Translations under genes and position numbers: made by a program
Notes under the pieces: model-generated
Databases searched by the model: none
What the model saw: the letters and a program-made list of their open reading frames with translations, nothing else
Told to the model about the DNA's origin: nothing
Virus record (IMG/VR): IMGVR_UViG_3300044766_000063
Span: 1-53,982 of that record
Direction: 5' to 3' (one strand)
Length of the DNA stretch: 53,982 nucleotides
Source: a virus
Lineage: Duplodnaviria; Caudoviricetes
Shown here: positions 36,995 through 45,670 of the stretch, piece after piece
Numbering within the stretch: position 1 is the stretch's first letter
Layout: the number at the start of each line of letters is the position of its first letter

Positions 36995-37806
36995 TGGCGC
37001 GAGCGCGAAACATTAAACCGAGTTTTTTCACAAACGAAATACTTGGTGAGCTTGATCCTTTGATCTGTTTGTTGTTCATCAATCTCTGGATGCTGGCCGA
37101 CCGTGAAGGCAGGCTGGAAGATCGCCCAAAACGCATTCTGGGTGAAACATTTCGCCATCGTCGTGAAATTGCGGACGTTAACGGTTATTTAACGGTGCTT
37201 GTCCAACACGGATTTATCGAACGCTACAAAGTGGGCGATTTATCCATAATTCAGATCGTCAATTTCAGAAAACATCAATCGCCACATAACACGGAAAAAC
37301 CATCCGTACTTCCCGAGAAGCCAATAGATTCGCCGATAACCGTTAAACAATCGTTACCAGACGAAAAAGTGGTAGAAGCGAAACGCCCTGATTCACTGAT
37401 TCCTGATTCTCCGAATCCTGATTCACTGATTCCTGATTTACCGATTCCTGATCCCGTATCGGATGCTAACGCATCCTCGTCACTTCCGACAGAAAAACCG
37501 CCGAAAGCTGACCCGATTCCGTATAAAAAAATTATCGACCTTTACCACGAACATCTTCCGATGTGTCCGCGTGTTCAAAGGCTGGATGAAACACGAAAAG
37601 GACAAATCGCTGCGCGCTGGAAGGGAGGAGAAATGCCCGATCTGGAAACTTGGAAATGCTATTTTATTTTTGTTGGACAATCAAAGTATCTCACGGGCCG
37701 TGTTGACCCGACGCCTGGAAAAAGACGCTTTGTTGCAGACCTGCAATGGATAACAAAAAGTAATAACTTCACCAAAATTTGGGAAAAGAAATATCACGGG
37801 GATTAA
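36994..37806 (+). CDS. Phage replication initiator (O-like)
   Basis: MARARNIKPSFF...ADREGRLEDRP N-terminus; C-term ADLQWI..NFTKI. Confidence 0.85.
   Translation: MARARNIKPSFFTNEILGELDPLICLLFINLWMLADREGRLEDRPKRILGETFRHRREIADVNGYLTVLVQHGFIERYKVGDLSIIQIVNFRKHQSPHNTEKPSVLPEKPIDSPITVKQSLPDEKVVEAKRPDSLIPDSPNPDSLIPDLPIPDPVSDANASSSLPTEKPPKADPIPYKKIIDLYHEHLPMCPRVQRLDETRKGQIAARWKGGEMPDLETWKCYFIFVGQSKYLTGRVDPTPGKRRFVADLQWITKSNNFTKIWEKKYHGD
37178..37452 (+). repeat. Putative replication origin repeats inside the initiator gene
   Basis: TAACGR-N5-TAACGG units at 37178-37197 and, inverted, at 37335-37358; CTGATTC-type tandem repeats at 37389-37452. Confidence 0.5.
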
Positions 37807-37811
37807 ATATC

Positions 37812-38195
37812 ATGGCGAAGTTTGAATACAAACCGAATGATCCTCAAGACAGTCCTGCGCAGACTAGTCGCGGCCATTGCGCCGTGTACGGTTGCCCCCG
37901 CAAAGGTCAAATTTACACAACCGTCTGGAATTGCCGTTATCACGCAGGCAAAGGCGGATCGTCCCTGGCGCACGTCACCCTGACATTGCGCAACCATGCG
38001 CAAGAGTTTAACTGGTACGAACACGTACTGGCCGCAACGCCTGTTGATTTTCTAGTTGGTGATATTGCGAAAAAAGCGCCGGATGATTTACGTGTTTTGC
38101 CGAACGAAGATTTTAAAACTTACGCTGAACGGGTGAAGCGCCATATCGACATTTTGCTGATCCCGAAAAGTCGCTTGCAGGAAGTTACGCAGTGA
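37812..38195 (+). CDS. Hypothetical Cys/His protein following the initiator
   Basis: CAVYGCP...CRYH. Confidence 0.6.
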   Translation: MAKFEYKPNDPQDSPAQTSRGHCAVYGCPRKGQIYTTVWNCRYHAGKGGSSLAHVTLTLRNHAQEFNWYEHVLAATPVDFLVGDIAKKAPDDLRVLPNEDFKTYAERVKRHIDILLIPKSRLQEVTQ

Positions 38196-38377
38196 AACAT
38201 TGCTTTCTCTGCCGGTGGTCGTTCGGTGCCACGGAATATTCCGGTGATGACGAATCGCCTCTGACCCCGACTTTGAAATGCCATCCGAACGGTGATGTGG
38301 TGAAATTTAAAAAGGCGGACAAGCTGTGCAAGTTTTACGACCCTGAAGATACGACAGGAGAGGGCTATGAGCAATAA
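38192..38377 (+). CDS. Small Cys-containing protein
   Basis: GTGA coupling; CFLC motif. Confidence 0.5.
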   Translation: MKHCFLCRWSFGATEYSGDDESPLTPTLKCHPNGDVVKFKKADKLCKFYDPEDTTGEGYEQ

Positions 38378-38831
38378 GCGCGTGTTTATTTTTTCTAACG
38401 CTACTGCAAGGCAGTATGCAAAAGCGCAATGTGATCTGGCACCTGAAGGCTGTATGGCTACGTTCGATTACGAGCCAAAAAAATCTCGTCTTCAGGAAGA
38501 AAAATATCACAGCATGATTGGTGATATTGCCAAGTCCTGCAAGTTCATGGGGCAATCTTGGGGTGCGGAAGAATGGAAGCGTTTGCTGATTGACGCATTT
38601 GTTCGTGTGATGCGTGAAGAAGCAAAACAGAAAAACGAACCCGATTCGTTTTATGAACAAGGCCAAGTTGTGCCCGCTCTGGATGGAAAAGGATTTGTTC
38701 AGCTTGGTATTCAGTCGCGCAATTTTTCCAAAAAAATGGCCGCGCAGTTTATTGAATATCTCTATGCGTGGGGAACATGGAACAACGCTGTATGGAGCAA
38801 TGAGTGGGCTGAAAAGGTAGAGGCGAATTGA
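38367..38831 (+). CDS. ninB: NinB-like recombination protein
   Basis: KYHSMIGDIA, EEWKRL and QFIEYLYAWG. Confidence 0.75.
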   Translation: MSNKRVFIFSNATARQYAKAQCDLAPEGCMATFDYEPKKSRLQEEKYHSMIGDIAKSCKFMGQSWGAEEWKRLLIDAFVRVMREEAKQKNEPDSFYEQGQVVPALDGKGFVQLGIQSRNFSKKMAAQFIEYLYAWGTWNNAVWSNEWAEKVEAN

Positions 38832-38862
38832 ATGAGTTGGCTCTTTTCTCAAAGGTTTTTAA

Positions 38863-39276
38863 ATGAACACTTGTCCTATTTGCTTTCAAGAATTCAAACC
38901 GAAGCGGAAAGAGCAGCGGTTTTGCTCAATGAAATGCGGCCACAAGAACAACGGTCATGGGCGGCTTGGTCAGAAAACAGGAGTGCAGTCGAAGCATTAC
39001 AAAACTCGAATAACGAAGGATGGCTACTTGCGGATGTATTCGGGAAAACATCCATACGCCAATGGGCGAAAGGAAATTGCTGTCCATATTATGGTAATGG
39101 AAATGCACATCGGCAGGGCGATAAACACGGACGAGTGTGTTCATCACATCAACGGAATCAAGATGGACAACCGACTGGAGAATTTGGAATTGATGTTGCA
39201 CAGTCAACACTCACGAGAACACAACATCAAATTGGCGACAACGAGGGGGCGAGATGCATGGGGCAGGTTTGCGTGA
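38863..39276 (+). CDS. HNH homing endonuclease inserted at the methyltransferase 5' end
   Basis: CPIC..FCSMKC, HIMVME..IGR and VHHINGIKMDNRLENL. Confidence 0.85.
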   Translation: MNTCPICFQEFKPKRKEQRFCSMKCGHKNNGHGRLGQKTGVQSKHYKTRITKDGYLRMYSGKHPYANGRKEIAVHIMVMEMHIGRAINTDECVHHINGIKMDNRLENLELMLHSQHSREHNIKLATTRGRDAWGRFA

Positions 39277-39997
39277 GCTTGCGCTGTTTGCAGGCGCTGG
39301 TGGTGGATTGCTTGCAAGCAAAATGCTTGGCTGGCGAACCGTTTGCGCAGTTGAACGTGATGCCTACTGCGCACAAGTTTTGGCACAAAGACAAAACGAT
39401 GGATCACTTGAACCTTTCCCAATTTGGTCTGACGTTGAAAGTTTTGACGGAAGACCGTGGCGCGGAATTGTTGATGTCATATCTGGCGGGTTTCCCTGTC
39501 AGGACATTAGTGCCCAAGGGGGGGGAGTTGGACTCAGTGGAGAGCGTTCAGGATTGTGGGCACAAATGGCCCGAATCATTGGCGAAGTACGACCGCGCTA
39601 CGCATTTGTGGAAAACAGCCCCTTGCTCTCCCGCAGAGGACTCGGGATCGTCCTTAGTGATCTGGCCGAAATGGGGTTCGATGCGGAGTGGGGTGTGTTA
39701 TCAGCAGCAGATGTTGGTGCGCCGCACCAAAGAAAACGTATCTGGATTGTTGCCTACTCCCATGGCGTCAGACTGGAAAGGCGGAACAGTGTCGATCAGA
39801 AGAGATACGGGAAAACAGAGATTGGATCAGTTTCGGGATTGGTGCAAATGTATGCATGGCCTGACGTATCCAATCCCGGATCATTCGGAAGTTGTCATGG
39901 GGTGGCCTATCGGATGGAGCGACTTAAAGCCATTGGAAACGGGCAAGTTCCAGTTTGTGCAGCAACCGCTTTCAGACTTTTGCACGAAAGAATCTGA
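39254..39997 (+). CDS. DNA cytosine-5 methyltransferase, large polypeptide
   Basis: Motif I LFAGAGG, IV GFPCQD, VI ENS, VIII QRKRIW, X RLKAIGN; motif IX not in this frame; start may be TTG at 39269. Confidence 0.9.
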   Translation: MHGAGLRELALFAGAGGGLLASKMLGWRTVCAVERDAYCAQVLAQRQNDGSLEPFPIWSDVESFDGRPWRGIVDVISGGFPCQDISAQGGGVGLSGERSGLWAQMARIIGEVRPRYAFVENSPLLSRRGLGIVLSDLAEMGFDAEWGVLSAADVGAPHQRKRIWIVAYSHGVRLERRNSVDQKRYGKTEIGSVSGLVQMYAWPDVSNPGSFGSCHGVAYRMERLKAIGNGQVPVCAATAFRLLHERI

Positions 39998-40037
39998 ACA
40001 TGTAAAGGAAATGGGTCAAAGTAGTTTTTGCTTCTGA
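39273..40037 (+). CDS. Overlapping-frame polypeptide carrying C5-MTase motif IX
   Basis: +1 frame fully open; LPTPMASDWKG and EVVMGWPIGWSD; GTG overlaps the HNH stop. Confidence 0.6.
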   Translation: MSLRCLQALVVDCLQAKCLAGEPFAQLNVMPTAHKFWHKDKTMDHLNLSQFGLTLKVLTEDRGAELLMSYLAGFPVRTLVPKGGELDSVESVQDCGHKWPESLAKYDRATHLWKTAPCSPAEDSGSSLVIWPKWGSMRSGVCYQQQMLVRRTKENVSGLLPTPMASDWKGGTVSIRRDTGKQRLDQFRDWCKCMHGLTYPIPDHSEVVMGWPIGWSDLKPLETGKFQFVQQPLSDFCTKESEHVKEMGQSSFCF

Positions 40038-40178
40038 CTGCGACGAAGATTGGAATTGTCCGGTGTGCGGAATTGATTACGCGGAATGTGATTGTCCCGG
40101 CCCAACCATGGAAGATGAATATGAGTACAAGGAAGACAAAGACGGTGAATTGTGGGCACGCAGAAAAAAGGATGTGAA

Positions 40179-40481
40179 GTGAGCAAAATAACTGAAAGCG
40201 CCCGTGGTGAAGATTGCCAAGTACGCATTCCCTACGTGTGCAACTTCAATCCTGAAACGACCGTCTGGGCGCACGCCAATGGGTTGGCGGCAGGAAAAGC
40301 AAGGGGATTGAAATCGCCCGATCCGCTGGGTGCGTATGCTTGTTCAAAATGTCATGACGTTATTGATGGTCGTGTTCGTGTTCCTGGTTTGAGTTATGGC
40401 GAAGTGCAATTGGCATTCCATGAGGGGCATCAAAGATCGTTTATCAAGCTGGTTGAAAAAGGATTGGTGAATTGGAAATGA
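40179..40481 (+). CDS. DUF1364 (YbcO-like) protein
   Basis: ARGEDCQVRIP.VCN.NPETTV.AH and AYACSKCHD.IDGR. Confidence 0.85.
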   Translation: MSKITESARGEDCQVRIPYVCNFNPETTVWAHANGLAAGKARGLKSPDPLGAYACSKCHDVIDGRVRVPGLSYGEVQLAFHEGHQRSFIKLVEKGLVNWK

Positions 40482-40885
40482 ATGTTCATTTTTCAAGCCA
40501 AACAGATTTGTGGGCAACACCACAAGATTTCTTTAATAAGTTGAATGAAGAATTCAATTTTCAACTGGATGTATGAGCACGACATGAAAATGCAAAATGC
40601 AAAAAATATTTCACCAAAGAACAGGATGGATTGTCGCAGGAATGGAAAGGTGTTTGCTGGATGAATCCGCCCTATGGGCGCGAGATTGGTAAATGGATGC
40701 AGAAAGCTTATGAAGCGGCTCAGGGGGGGGCAACAGTCGTTTGTCTTGTTCCTGCAAGAACCGATACGCGGTGGTGGCATGAGTACGCAATCAAACATGA
40801 GGTCAGATTTATTCGGGGCCGTTTGAAATTTAATGAGGGAAAAGGAAATGCACCGTTTCCTTCCGCTGTTGTGGTGATGAAATGA
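40478..40885 (+). pseudogene. Phage N6-adenine methyltransferase (Dam-like) with in-frame TGA at codon 33
   Basis: MNVHFSS..DLWATPQDFF...LDV*A...WMNPPYG...LVPARTDT..RLKF; TGA at 40574-40576. Confidence 0.8.
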
Positions 40886-41092
40886 ATGTCCGACTGCAAA
40901 CAATGCCGACACAGGAAATGGAAGCCGACAAAAGCAACTGGCGGCAAATGGGCGGTCTGTATTTGTGAGGCGCGCAATTTATGTTTTGGCACAGAACGGG
41001 ATGTATGGATGAACAAGGGCGACAAGAAGTTTGGGATAGTGGCGCAACCGACAACGTGCGGGCAGTTTGAAAGGAGAGGTCAAAATGTATAA
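40886..41092 (+). CDS. Small Cys-rich protein
   Basis: CKQCRH motif; in the operon. Confidence 0.5.
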   Translation: MSDCKQCRHRKWKPTKATGGKWAVCICEARNLCFGTERDVWMNKGDKKFGIVAQPTTCGQFERRGQNV

Positions 41093-41333
41093 ATGCAAAT
41101 TGTGCGGCAAAGTATTTTCGACTCGCTTTGTTATTGAGCAGCATCATTGTCCAAGGCGAATTGCAACTCAAGAAACACAAACAAATAACGATCCTTTGTT
41201 CCTGGCAGAAATGGCCGCGATTGATTTGATGTGTTACGAGCCTGCCTCTGATAGTTCATCCAGTTCGTCCAGCGATTCTTTTTCTGGTGGAGGCGGTGAT
41301 TCTGGTGGCGGTGGTGCCAGTTCGGATTTTTGA
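41085..41333 (+). CDS. Small protein with Zn-finger-like N-terminus and Ser/Gly tail
   Basis: CKLC..HHC; FSGGGGDSGGGGASSDF; AGGAG RBS. Confidence 0.6.
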   Translation: MYKCKLCGKVFSTRFVIEQHHCPRRIATQETQTNNDPLFLAEMAAIDLMCYEPASDSSSSSSSDSFSGGGGDSGGGGASSDF

Positions 41334-41665
41334 TGAGTAACGCTGAAGAACTTCTTGCGTTTCACATCAAAGCCACAAAACTCTGGGAGCCAGTGCGTGA
41401 ATACAGATTCGATTCTGTACGCAAGTGGAGATTTGATTTTGCATGGCCGAATATTTTGCTTGCAGCAGAAGTTGAAGGTGGCATTTGGACTGGTGGGCGA
41501 CATACGCGAGGTAAAGGTTTTTTGGATGATTGTGAAAAATACAATCAAGCCGTAATGGCGGGATGGAAAGTTTTACGCTTCCCAGTTGAAGTAATTGAAT
41601 CAGGCGAAGCTTTGCAGGTTATCGAAAAAGCCTTAAAACAAAATGAGGTAAAACATGGGCCATGA
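41330..41665 (+). CDS. PD-(D/E)XK endonuclease (DUF559-like)
   Basis: EYRF..RKWRFDFAWP...EVEGG..GRHTRG...EKYN..GWKVLRF. Confidence 0.8.
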   Translation: MMSNAEELLAFHIKATKLWEPVREYRFDSVRKWRFDFAWPNILLAAEVEGGIWTGGRHTRGKGFLDDCEKYNQAVMAGWKVLRFPVEVIESGEALQVIEKALKQNEVKHGP

Positions 41666-42152
41666 ACGTTTGATCAGATGCATTCCCGCGCGTTCTTTGG
41701 GATGGGATGAAACTCAGGAAGTTTCGATTGATCGAATAACCGCTATCGGGTTTGCATCTAGGTACAACGAAATAGGCGAGGCCATGTTGCGGGTGGATGC
41801 CCTCGATGTCAGTGCATTACATAAAGTCATTTTGCTGGTGATCCGGCGACTGAATCATCATCACAAAATTGACCGTGGCTTTGCCAGGAAGATCGCTTTT
41901 GCTACGTTGCATGAGTATATGCGGCCCAACTGCATTTATTGCGGCGGCAAAGGTGAGGAACACAGAAAAGGCCGGGTTGTTACGGTCTGTTCGTATTGTG
42001 AAGGCTCCGGCCTGCACAGGTATAGTGATAAGGATCGCAAGGCGCTCGTTGGGGGTGGTTTTAACACTCGGGCCTATGAAGATACCCTGACCTATGTTCG
42101 GGACGCTGTACGGGCCATTGTGGTCAATTCTGACAGGCGTTTGGGTGGTTGA
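41655..42152 (+). CDS. Antiterminator Q-like protein
   Basis: CIYCGGKG and CSYCEGSG Zn motifs; at the end of the nin-like region. Confidence 0.6.
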   Translation: MGHERLIRCIPARSLGWDETQEVSIDRITAIGFASRYNEIGEAMLRVDALDVSALHKVILLVIRRLNHHHKIDRGFARKIAFATLHEYMRPNCIYCGGKGEEHRKGRVVTVCSYCEGSGLHRYSDKDRKALVGGGFNTRAYEDTLTYVRDAVRAIVVNSDRRLGG

Positions 42153-42176
42153 CTTTCGTATGCGTCATGCTAAACT
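42149..42176 (+). promoter_or_regulatory. Promoter containing a remote repressor operator
   Basis: TTGACT-16-TAAACT with extended -10 TG; TATGCGTCATGCTAA at 42159-42173. Confidence 0.6.
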
Positions 42177-42401
42177 TTGGGTATGTACTGCTTACCTGTA
42201 GATGATCTATGTCACCTTGAATTTGATCATAAAGTCATGATCGAGGAAAAGGCGCGTGATAATTATATTTATGACAATGCTTTTGAACTGGGTACGTTCA
42301 ATGGCCGCAGATACGTTTACACCTGGTTTGACAAGCAACCTGTGATCCTGATCGATAACACAGGCCAGCTATCTGAAACGCCGGATATATTGGGAGAGTA
42401 A
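42177..42401 (+). CDS. Hypothetical protein
   Basis: ORF right after the promoter; start uncertain. Confidence 0.45.
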   Translation: MGMYCLPVDDLCHLEFDHKVMIEEKARDNYIYDNAFELGTFNGRRYVYTWFDKQPVILIDNTGQLSETPDILGE

Positions 42402-42403
42402 TT

Positions 42404-42640
42404 ATGACAACTCCAGAACAAAAAGCACTTAATGAGAAGTTGAGGAAAGAAGCGATGGACGCGAAATTTGCCCGCGAGACAAAGCAAACTCCCAACGGGA
42501 AAGAGCAAACCGAGTATCACCCAAAAGAACACAAAGTAATCACCCAACCTGACGATACAACTACCATTTCCAAAGAATTCGGCGGTCTGTTGGGAAAGGC
42601 CGCAGAAGCATTGAGAAATCGCAGGCGTGAACCTGATTAA
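42404..42640 (+). CDS. Hypothetical protein
   Basis: GGAG RBS. Confidence 0.55.
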   Translation: MTTPEQKALNEKLRKEAMDAKFARETKQTPNGKEQTEYHPKEHKVITQPDDTTTISKEFGGLLGKAAEALRNRRREPD

Positions 42641-43125
42641 TGCGTCATCCCTTCGCGCGGCAGGAAGGTGCTGAAACGGCCTTCCAGTTCTTTCGTCAGT
42701 TCAAACTGTAGATCGTCAAACCCGCGCGCATTGTCTCCCAAAGATTTGATCCGGCTATAACCAAACCAGAGTCCTTCCCGCGTTTCCAGCGTGAGAAATA
42801 CCGCGTCAATCCGGTCTGGATGATCGGAGAGTCCTGTGTACGACTTTAAATATTCATCGTTTTCTACTCTGGATTCTTTGCGCTCAACCATCCAAGCCTC
42901 GGAAATCATCATGACGTAATCCGGCCTTGTAATTTTGCAGATTGCTTTAACCATTGCTGCCGCCCGATCCTTGTCTCCCATGTGTACGGGAATAGGAACA
43001 ACGCCTTCCCCGAACTTCCCCAGAAAAGCCATTGCCTGAAGATCGCCTCCTTCAGATAAAAATCCGCGCGCCGCAGAAACGATCATTTCAATGTGAGCGT
43101 GATACTTCTCCGGGATCATCTTCAT
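42637..43125 (-). CDS. Conserved hypothetical protein
   Basis: SEAWM...HPDRIDAV; AAGGAG RBS; ATGA coupling. Confidence 0.6.
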   Translation of the reverse strand: MKMIPEKYHAHIEMIVSAARGFLSEGGDLQAMAFLGKFGEGVVPIPVHMGDKDRAAAMVKAICKITRPDYVMMISEAWMVERKESRVENDEYLKSYTGLSDHPDRIDAVFLTLETREGLWFGYSRIKSLGDNARGFDDLQFELTKELEGRFSTFLPREGMTH

Positions 43126-43358
43126 TCGCCCAACTCCTTGACCTTGATTTTGAACAACTCCCAAAACGCCGGATGCATACGCCTGTGATTGACCGTATCC
43201 TCTTCCGCTTCCCATTGCTGCCACTTCCCGCAGGTGGTGTGTACCAGTTCGGCGGCGGCAGTTTGGGATAGACCTGCATCCAGGCGCAGGGCAATGACTT
43301 CTTGCGGTTTGGGATTACGCGAAGAACCCCGACCGCTTCGATTGGGGTGATTTGCCAT
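43122..43358 (-). CDS. XRE-family HTH protein
   Basis: MANHPNRS...RLDAGLSQTAAAELV...WQQWE...RMHPAFWELF. Confidence 0.75.
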   Translation of the reverse strand: MANHPNRSGRGSSRNPKPQEVIALRLDAGLSQTAAAELVHTTCGKWQQWEAEEDTVNHRRMHPAFWELFKIKVKELGE

Positions 43359-43561
43359 TAGTAAACCTCAACCGAAGACGGGCAGTTGCCGACGAATGCG
43401 CGCCAGAATCTGTTGCCCGCATACATGTATTCACAGTTTGCCACGTATTGGCCGGTAACAGATTGACCGTAACGCACCTGTCCTGTCCAGAATGCAGTTG
43501 CAGCAGACGCTGTACCAGAAATAGCCATGCCAACTACCAGTGCCAAGATAAGCTTTTTCAT
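43358..43561 (-). CDS. Small secreted protein
   Basis: Signal peptide MKKLILALVVGMAISGTASA; two Cys in the mature part. Confidence 0.65.
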   Translation of the reverse strand: MKKLILALVVGMAISGTASAATAFWTGQVRYGQSVTGQYVANCEYMYAGNRFWRAFVGNCPSSVEVY

Positions 43562-43809
43562 TTCATTTCTCCTTTCAAAATTTCATTTACTACATCATGA
43601 ATTGCATCCTTTGGATGCTTACCTAACAAAATGCTTGCGCGGATCGCTTCTTTAATTTCTTCATCTGCGACTACTGTTAGACTTAGCTTTCGCGCGACTG
43701 ACCAACTCATTCTTTTCGCGCGATTACGTGCTACAGCGATTCTTCGAGCGGCTATTCCTGCGAATTCTTCTAGGCTGGTATCATCCAGCACACCACTAAA
43801 TTCAATCAT
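43558..43809 (-). CDS. Hypothetical protein
   Basis: AAGGAG RBS preceded by the repeated leader motif. Confidence 0.55.
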   Translation of the reverse strand: MIEFSGVLDDTSLEEFAGIAARRIAVARNRAKRMSWSVARKLSLTVVADEEIKEAIRASILLGKHPKDAIHDVVNEILKGEMK

Positions 43810-43873
43810 TTCTTACTCCTTGTGGCCCACTGAAACCCAGAGGCGCGGTTGCCTGTAAATCAGGCGGAAACTA

Positions 43874-44296
43874 TTAACCTTCTAGTGCATCCGAATAGGC
43901 TCGTGCTACTTCTTCCAGCGCAAACCAGGCGAGAGCGTTTGCAATCTGGCTATCCTCTTTTGATTTGGGGCCGTACAGGGTTTGAGCAACTTCGTCTGTT
44001 GAATAGTTATTATCCAAACAGCGAAATTTTTTGATCATTTCGATGACGCCCATTCCGGCATCTTCTGCCATAGTGGTCGCGTATTGGCGGATCAAGTCGC
44101 GGTGGCTGGTGAAAAACTTCACCGTATCGACGTAATAGATAAAGCCTGAATTACAGCCGGTATCGGCACCATGATTTACAACATCAAGGGCGGATTCTTT
44201 GAATTGCTCCCAGTCGCCCGATTGACGTACTACTGCGCGTATAAGACCTTCTGGGATATTGGACTTGCTGATTAGCTCTTTGATGGTTTTCATCAT
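43874..44296 (-). CDS. Conserved phage protein
   Basis: HG..G..SGFIYY.DT..FF and NALAWFALEEVA. Confidence 0.7.
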   Translation of the reverse strand: MMKTIKELISKSNIPEGLIRAVVRQSGDWEQFKESALDVVNHGADTGCNSGFIYYVDTVKFFTSHRDLIRQYATTMAEDAGMGVIEMIKKFRCLDNNYSTDEVAQTLYGPKSKEDSQIANALAWFALEEVARAYSDALEG

Positions 44297-44352
44297 ATTC
44301 CTTCGGCCCCCAAGACCCGAGGCGTGGTGCCAGCAACATGCCGACAATTGGA

Positions 44353-44430
44353 AGTTTACTACGTTGTTTGTTTATGTCAATACTTTATCTAAAAAATATG
44401 CTTGACGCGATATATTCGTTTTGATATAAA
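44353..44430. promoter_or_regulatory. Divergent sigma70 promoter pair
   Basis: Minus strand TTGACA-16-TAAACT; plus strand TTGACG-17-TATAAA. Confidence 0.6.
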
Positions 44431-44459
44431 GTCGTATCGACCAATTAAAGTCTTACCGC

Positions 44460-44756
44460 ATGGTGAGACGCATAACGATAAGGCCGCCCATGATTGAACG
44501 GGCGGCTTTTTCTTTTTTTCTGGAGAATCCCATGAGATACCCGCGCGGAGTGCCTTCACATGGCAGGCTCGGTTGCTGCCCCGATGACTGGGACAAAATC
44601 CCCGACATTACCGGATCGTATGAGCTTGACGCTGTGATCAAGCAAAGCAAGAACAAAGACGTACCGGCCAGGTTGCAGGTCTATTGCCAGCGGGTGAACT
44701 CTTACGGCCCCTTGACCGCGTATGACGGCTACAACGGCTATTCTGGCGATAATTAG
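44460..44756 (+). CDS. Hypothetical protein
   Basis: Downstream of the rightward promoter; internal GGAG-ATG start near 44532 is likely. Confidence 0.4.
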   Translation: MVRRITIRPPMIERAAFSFFLENPMRYPRGVPSHGRLGCCPDDWDKIPDITGSYELDAVIKQSKNKDVPARLQVYCQRVNSYGPLTAYDGYNGYSGDN

Positions 44757-44950
44757 ACGCCTTCTTTTTGGCGCGCGTGTGCGTCGATACGTTGACGGGC
44801 GCGAAGTCCCGAATTTCAGGAGTGACACCATGGCAAAGCCAAAAGAAAAAGTACCAATGGGCAAAGGTAAGGGCAAGGGCAAAGGGCCGTTTGGCCCGAA
44901 GTGCTGAACACTACGCGCGTATCCAGCATACGCGCGTATAGGAGATAACG

Positions 44951-45145
44951 ATGCCCTGGTCACTTTCAAGCGGGATAAAGCACACGAAGAAGGCCGACAC
45001 TTCGGCCAAAAAGAAACAATGGGCCAGCACGGCCAATGCTGTACTTGAAAAATCCGGCGACGAAGGCAAGGCCGTTCGGGTAGCAAATGCCGCAGTTAAA
45101 AAACATCCCAGCAAAAAGAAAAAATTACCCCAGTCGCGCGTATAG
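44951..45145 (+). CDS. ChaB-like basic protein
   Basis: MPW...QWASTANAVL..GDEGKAVRVANAAV; AGGAG RBS. Confidence 0.6.
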   Translation: MPWSLSSGIKHTKKADTSAKKKQWASTANAVLEKSGDEGKAVRVANAAVKKHPSKKKKLPQSRV

Positions 45146-45372
45146 GCCGTCCTCGCGCGTATAGGGGTAGGGATTGCCATATTTAAATCGGGTAGCACAT
45201 GCCGCTATTAAATGAAAACCGCGCCCCTGATTGAAGGCAAACTCTCCAAGCCTGCCGCGCGCCTGTGCAAGTCCTGTCCGCCAGTTGACTGGATCAAGTG
45301 TTACCAGACTAACGGCAAGTGGAAGCAGTGCGACAAGCAAGCCGCAAAACAGCCTTAGTCGCGCGTATAGGG

Positions 45373-45579
45373 CTATTCAGCCGCTATGCTGGCAACAAAA
45401 AAACAAATACCGGCAAGGATCAAAAAACCCATAGCCCCCAGTATCTGGAAACTGATAATGCTGGCAAGCATGGCAAAGACTGAAGCAATACCCCCAAGCC
45501 ATCCGGCAAGAATCCAGAACCAACGCTGAAAGGCTAGATAAGCGGCAACGATTAAAGTAATTACAATTGTTATTTCCAT
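45373..45579 (-). CDS. Small membrane protein
   Basis: Three hydrophobic segments; AAGGA RBS. Confidence 0.6.
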   Translation of the reverse strand: MEITIVITLIVAAYLAFQRWFWILAGWLGGIASVFAMLASIISFQILGAMGFLILAGICFFVASIAAE

Positions 45580-45670
45580 GATGATCCTTTAGCCCTTCAG
45601 TAACGCCGGGGCGCGCGTATAAACCGGCAAAATTGCCACAATGCGCCCTTAGTATCAAAGGCGCATAATG

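Noticed and set aside
38850-39280. Group I intron carrying the HNH
   Set aside because: The insert is 441 nt and the HNH ORF takes 414 nt, leaving no room for a ribozyme core
38832-40037. Single 401-aa protein as listed in the ORF track
   Set aside because: The first 147 codons are an alternative frame of the HNH insert; the coupled GTG at 39273 is a more plausible start
40574-40576. Genome-wide UGA reassignment
   Set aside because: Many intact genes end in TGA with ATGA/GTGA coupling; the anomaly is confined to one codon
45217-45238. Seventh copy of the pseudoknot leader on the plus strand
   Set aside because: Stem 1 is mismatched and no SD or convincing ORF follows
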